Origin: Phyllobates terribilis
Taxonomy: Eukaryota
DNA: 64,000 nucleotides
Assembly: GCF_046119375.1 (NCBI RefSeq)
Contig: NW_027362772.1
Span: 250,108,001 to 250,172,000 of the forward strand
Reading direction: 5' to 3'
The position numbers and the translations under genes are program-made. Shown piece after piece: positions 59,201-64,000 of the stretch. The notes beneath the pieces were generated by a model that saw nothing but the letters and a program-made list of their open reading frames with translations, searched no databases and was not told the origin of the DNA. Position 1 is the first letter of the stretch. Each line of letters begins with the position of its first letter.

Positions 59201-61590
59201 TCTCTATGGAACTCCGCATTCCAACACAATAAAACCGATTCTTCAGGAGGGTTTCCAGCTTCTTCCAGCCAAAGTGCCCTGCTTGATCATGGTAGGCCTC
59301 CAACACCATCTGGATGTCTGTCCTTGGCACTACGATCTGCCATACCATCTCATGGGTCTTAGGGTTGACATACCTTCCGCACAGCTTCTCTCTATAGATG
59401 AACAGCCGGCTTCTCTCATTCCATAGTTGCTTGGCTTGGGGAGGAGCGTCCTTCTCAAGGGAGGAACCTTCCTGGGTTATCAGTTCTTTGATACGGCTGA
59501 TAACTGGGTCGCTGTCCTGGGTCTCCTTCCAACTGTGATGAGGTAAAGGGTTTAGCGTCTTACCACGATACCTCCGGGAGGTGCGCTGCTCGTGGACCAT
59601 CCCATTTCTGTGGAAGGCAGGTAGCTCAATCTCCTCCAGGTCATTCACTTCTTCTTCAGTAGCCGACTGGTGCGGCATTCTGGATAGGGCATCGACGTTG
59701 GCGTTCTAGTGGCCTGCCCAGTACTTGATGGTGAACTGATAGTTTGACAGCCGGGCCATCCAACGCTGTTCAATGGCTCCCAACTTGGCTGTCTCTAGAT
59801 GTGTCAAGGGGTTGTTGTCAGTGTAAGCCGTGAACTTACTGGAGGCCAAGTAGTGCTTGAATCGTTCAGTGATGGCCCAGACCAAGGCCAGGAACTCCAA
59901 CTTGAAGGAGTTATAGTTTTCCGGATTCCTCTCGGTCGGACGAAGCTTCCTGCTAGCATAGGCAATCACCTTCTCCTTGCCATTCTGCTTCTGACTCAAC
60001 ACAGCTCCTAGTCCCTCATTGCTGGCATCAGTGTACAGCAGGAAAGGTTGGCTGTAGTCAGGGTAGGCCAGGATTTCTTTGCCAGTCAGGATCTCTTTCA
60101 TCACTGCAAAGGACTCAGCCTGCTCTTTACCCCACTGGAAGGGGGGGGGGTTGCCTCTGTTGGACTGTCCTACCAGGAGATCTTGCAAAGGCTCTGCCTT
60201 CTTGGTGTAGTCCTTTACAAATCTCGGGTAATACCCGACCAGTCCCAAGAACTGACGTACCTCCTTGAGATCCTTCGGTTTCTTCCATTTCTGGATGGCA
60301 GTGACCTTCTCCGGGTCTGGTGCTACTCCTTCTGGATTAACGATGTGCCACAGGTACTGAACCTTCTGTTTGAGCAGGTGGCACTTGGAAGGCTTCAACT
60401 TCATCCCATACCGGGACAACGACTCAAATACCTCCGCTAGGTGCTTCAAATGGTCCTCATACGTCTTGGAGTACACTATCACGTCATCCAGGTATAGCAG
60501 CACGGTCTCGAAGTTACGGTGTCCCAAACAGCACTCTATCAATCTCTGGAACGTTCCAGGGGCGTTGCAGAGTCCGAACGGCATACTGTTGAACTCGCAG
60601 AGTCCCATCGGGGTAGTGAAGGCCGTCTTCTCCCAGTCCTCCTCAGCAACTGCTACTTGCCAGTACCCACTAGTGAGGTCAAGGGTAGAGAAGTAATTTG
60701 CGACTTTAGTGCAGCCAGGGATTCCTCGATACGGGGCAAAGGGTATGCATCTTTATGTGTTATGCGATTAATCTGTCTGTAATCTACACACTTCCTCATG
60801 CTTCCATCCTTTTTCCTGACCAGGACCAGGGGAGCTGCCCAGGTGCTACAGCTATCTCTTATTACCCCTGCCTTCCTCATGTTATGCAGCATTTCCTTCG
60901 CTTTCTGGTAGTGTGCTAGTGGTATGGGCCTGTAACGTTCTTTGATGGGTGGATGGTCACCTGTGGGTATATGGTGTTGTACCCCTTTAATCCTCCCGAA
61001 ATCAAGTGGGTGTTTGCTGAATACCTGTTCGTATTCCTGAACCACCCTGTATACACCTTGTTTCTGATGGACAGGAGTGGCGTCAGTCCCAACATAAAGC
61101 TGTTGGCAAACCTGGGACCTGTAGTTCTCCAGGGGTTTCGGTAGTCCCTACTGGGTGTAAAGAGTCCCTGTAGGCGCGGACCCGGTGTCCGGTATATATC
61201 TCGGGGTGAGCCTGGTATGCTCCTCTGCCCCCCTTGCTACTTCTTCCTTCTCCTCTCACCTTCGGCCACACTTAAGGCCCTCACTAGACTTAACCTCGTG
61301 CTGTAGGCCTTGGCTCGCCTAAGTACCGCAGCCAGTGTGCTGCCTCTTCGCTGCTCTCTGAGCATCAGCACGCTCTCAGCTCACTCTGAGCTCTGTTCCT
61401 CTCTGAACACTAAACTGAAACTAACTGAGCTGCCTGGCTCCACCCTCTCTATATATATCCCTAACGGGCTCCCTCTGCTGGTCTGAGGTGGTAGGGTGGA
61501 GGTGTGTGAGTGTGTGAGGGCCTCTTGTGGAGAAGTCCATCCATGCACCCTTCTGGGTTCTGTGGCACCAGTGCGTAGCAGGGCGCCACA
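56272..61590 (-). mobile_element. Gypsy LTR retrotransposon (pol-encoding type), defective: gag, protease, PBS and half of the 5' LTR deleted
   Basis: 3' LTR 56272-57348; truncated 5' LTR about 61103-61590; TSD TATA; PPT at 57349-57360; RT-RNase H-integrase order. Confidence 0.92.
57861..61101 (-). pseudogene. pol: Frameshifted pol: RT (YLDD), RNase H, integrase
   Basis: WAAPLVLVRKKDGSMRKCVDYR; MPFGLCNAPGTFQRL..YLDD; YTDASNEGLGAVL; HDQAGH..CGPC; LDHI...TDQ...TNGLCE. Split over ORFs 60653-61045, 59706-60608, 58434-59678 and 57861-58382. Confidence 0.92.
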
Positions 61591-61614
61591 TATATATATA
61601 TATATATATATACA

Positions 61615-63235
<1,621 letters not shown>

Positions 63236-63276
<41 letters not shown>
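63236..63276. repeat. (TA)n microsatellite; similar tracts at 53536-53560, 54635-54679 and 61591-61612
   Basis: Directly visible runs flanking Tc1 and LTR insertions. Confidence 0.95.
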
Positions 63277-63279
<3 letters not shown>

Positions 63280-64000
63280 CTTTCAGTTGGTAGGAATGTC
63301 TTGCAGTGAAAATACTTCTATGGGGTTTTCCAGCATCAATCTGAAAGGTGAAACAAGATATAACATGATAAAAAATACCAGTGAAAGTGTTTTACACAGC
63401 AGACACCTGGGCTGGGATCTTCTAAACTGGTGCTTTAAAATGAGTGTTATTCCAACACAATGTTATGGAATATAAGATTTTAGGCTCATTGACTTTACAG
63501 AGAGCCTATTTTGTTAGCATTTTTTAGCACTGTATGTTGGCATTATTTGGGAAATGAAGGACAGTGTTTTTTGGGGTGCTGCATAGTATTTTAGTTTTGT
63601 ATCGCCATGTTTTAGTGTACTACAAACGAGTACCATTCACATAACTCATAATGGTCATCCATCCTGTAATCCAGCATGGTAAAAAAAATAGTCTCATCCT
63701 AAATTATTTGGAAAATAGACTGAAAGATTGCCACTAGTTTATATGGCACTGGAAGTTATAAGTCTTCAGACATCAATTTTTAGAATCTAAAACCTACTTT
63801 TCCTAGTCCTGGGGTCTGCACTGTTAAGACGCATACACATTAGATAGTAGTCGGCTGGACTCATGGCGGGATTGGCTGACTATCTAATGTATAAGGTGGC
63901 CTCCAAACTCTCCCGAAAGATGATCTTGGGAAAGAAAATGATCCATCCATTAGACCTTTAATTTCTGATACTTTGGATCATGCGGAGTTAGGCCACTGCT

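Overview
Eukaryotic, intron- or intergenic-type vertebrate DNA. The transposon repertoire (L2 and CR1 LINEs, sushi-type chromoviruses, DD34E Tc1 elements, TTAA/hAT MITEs) suggests a frog or toad genome (inference). No host gene could be assigned. More than half of the window is mobile DNA, often nested: a CR1 inside an L2 (871-7708), a near-intact chromovirus (20671-27119), a pol-less chromovirus derivative encoding a Gag N-terminus plus 57-aa repeats (48560-53421), three Tc1 copies, a Gmr1-like remnant and many MITEs. The most unusual content is a group of related Gypsy-type LTR elements with 4-bp TSDs and shared LTR termini; the two copies that retain a PBS use tRNA-Ser. One member encodes pol (56272-61590, defective copy). 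A young pol-less member (28899-33780) carries a long open frame ending in a cold-shock (CSD) RNA-binding domain. A minimal member (36488-39996) fuses a Gag N-terminus to the acidic tail of that CSD protein. All three share a 3'-UTR module of hairpins with compensatory stem changes. This looks like a helper/satellite retrotransposon system with an accessory RNA-binding protein. The two chromovirus-type elements also show covarying evidence for tRNA-independent self-priming. All identifications come from motif reading by eye; no database search was run.
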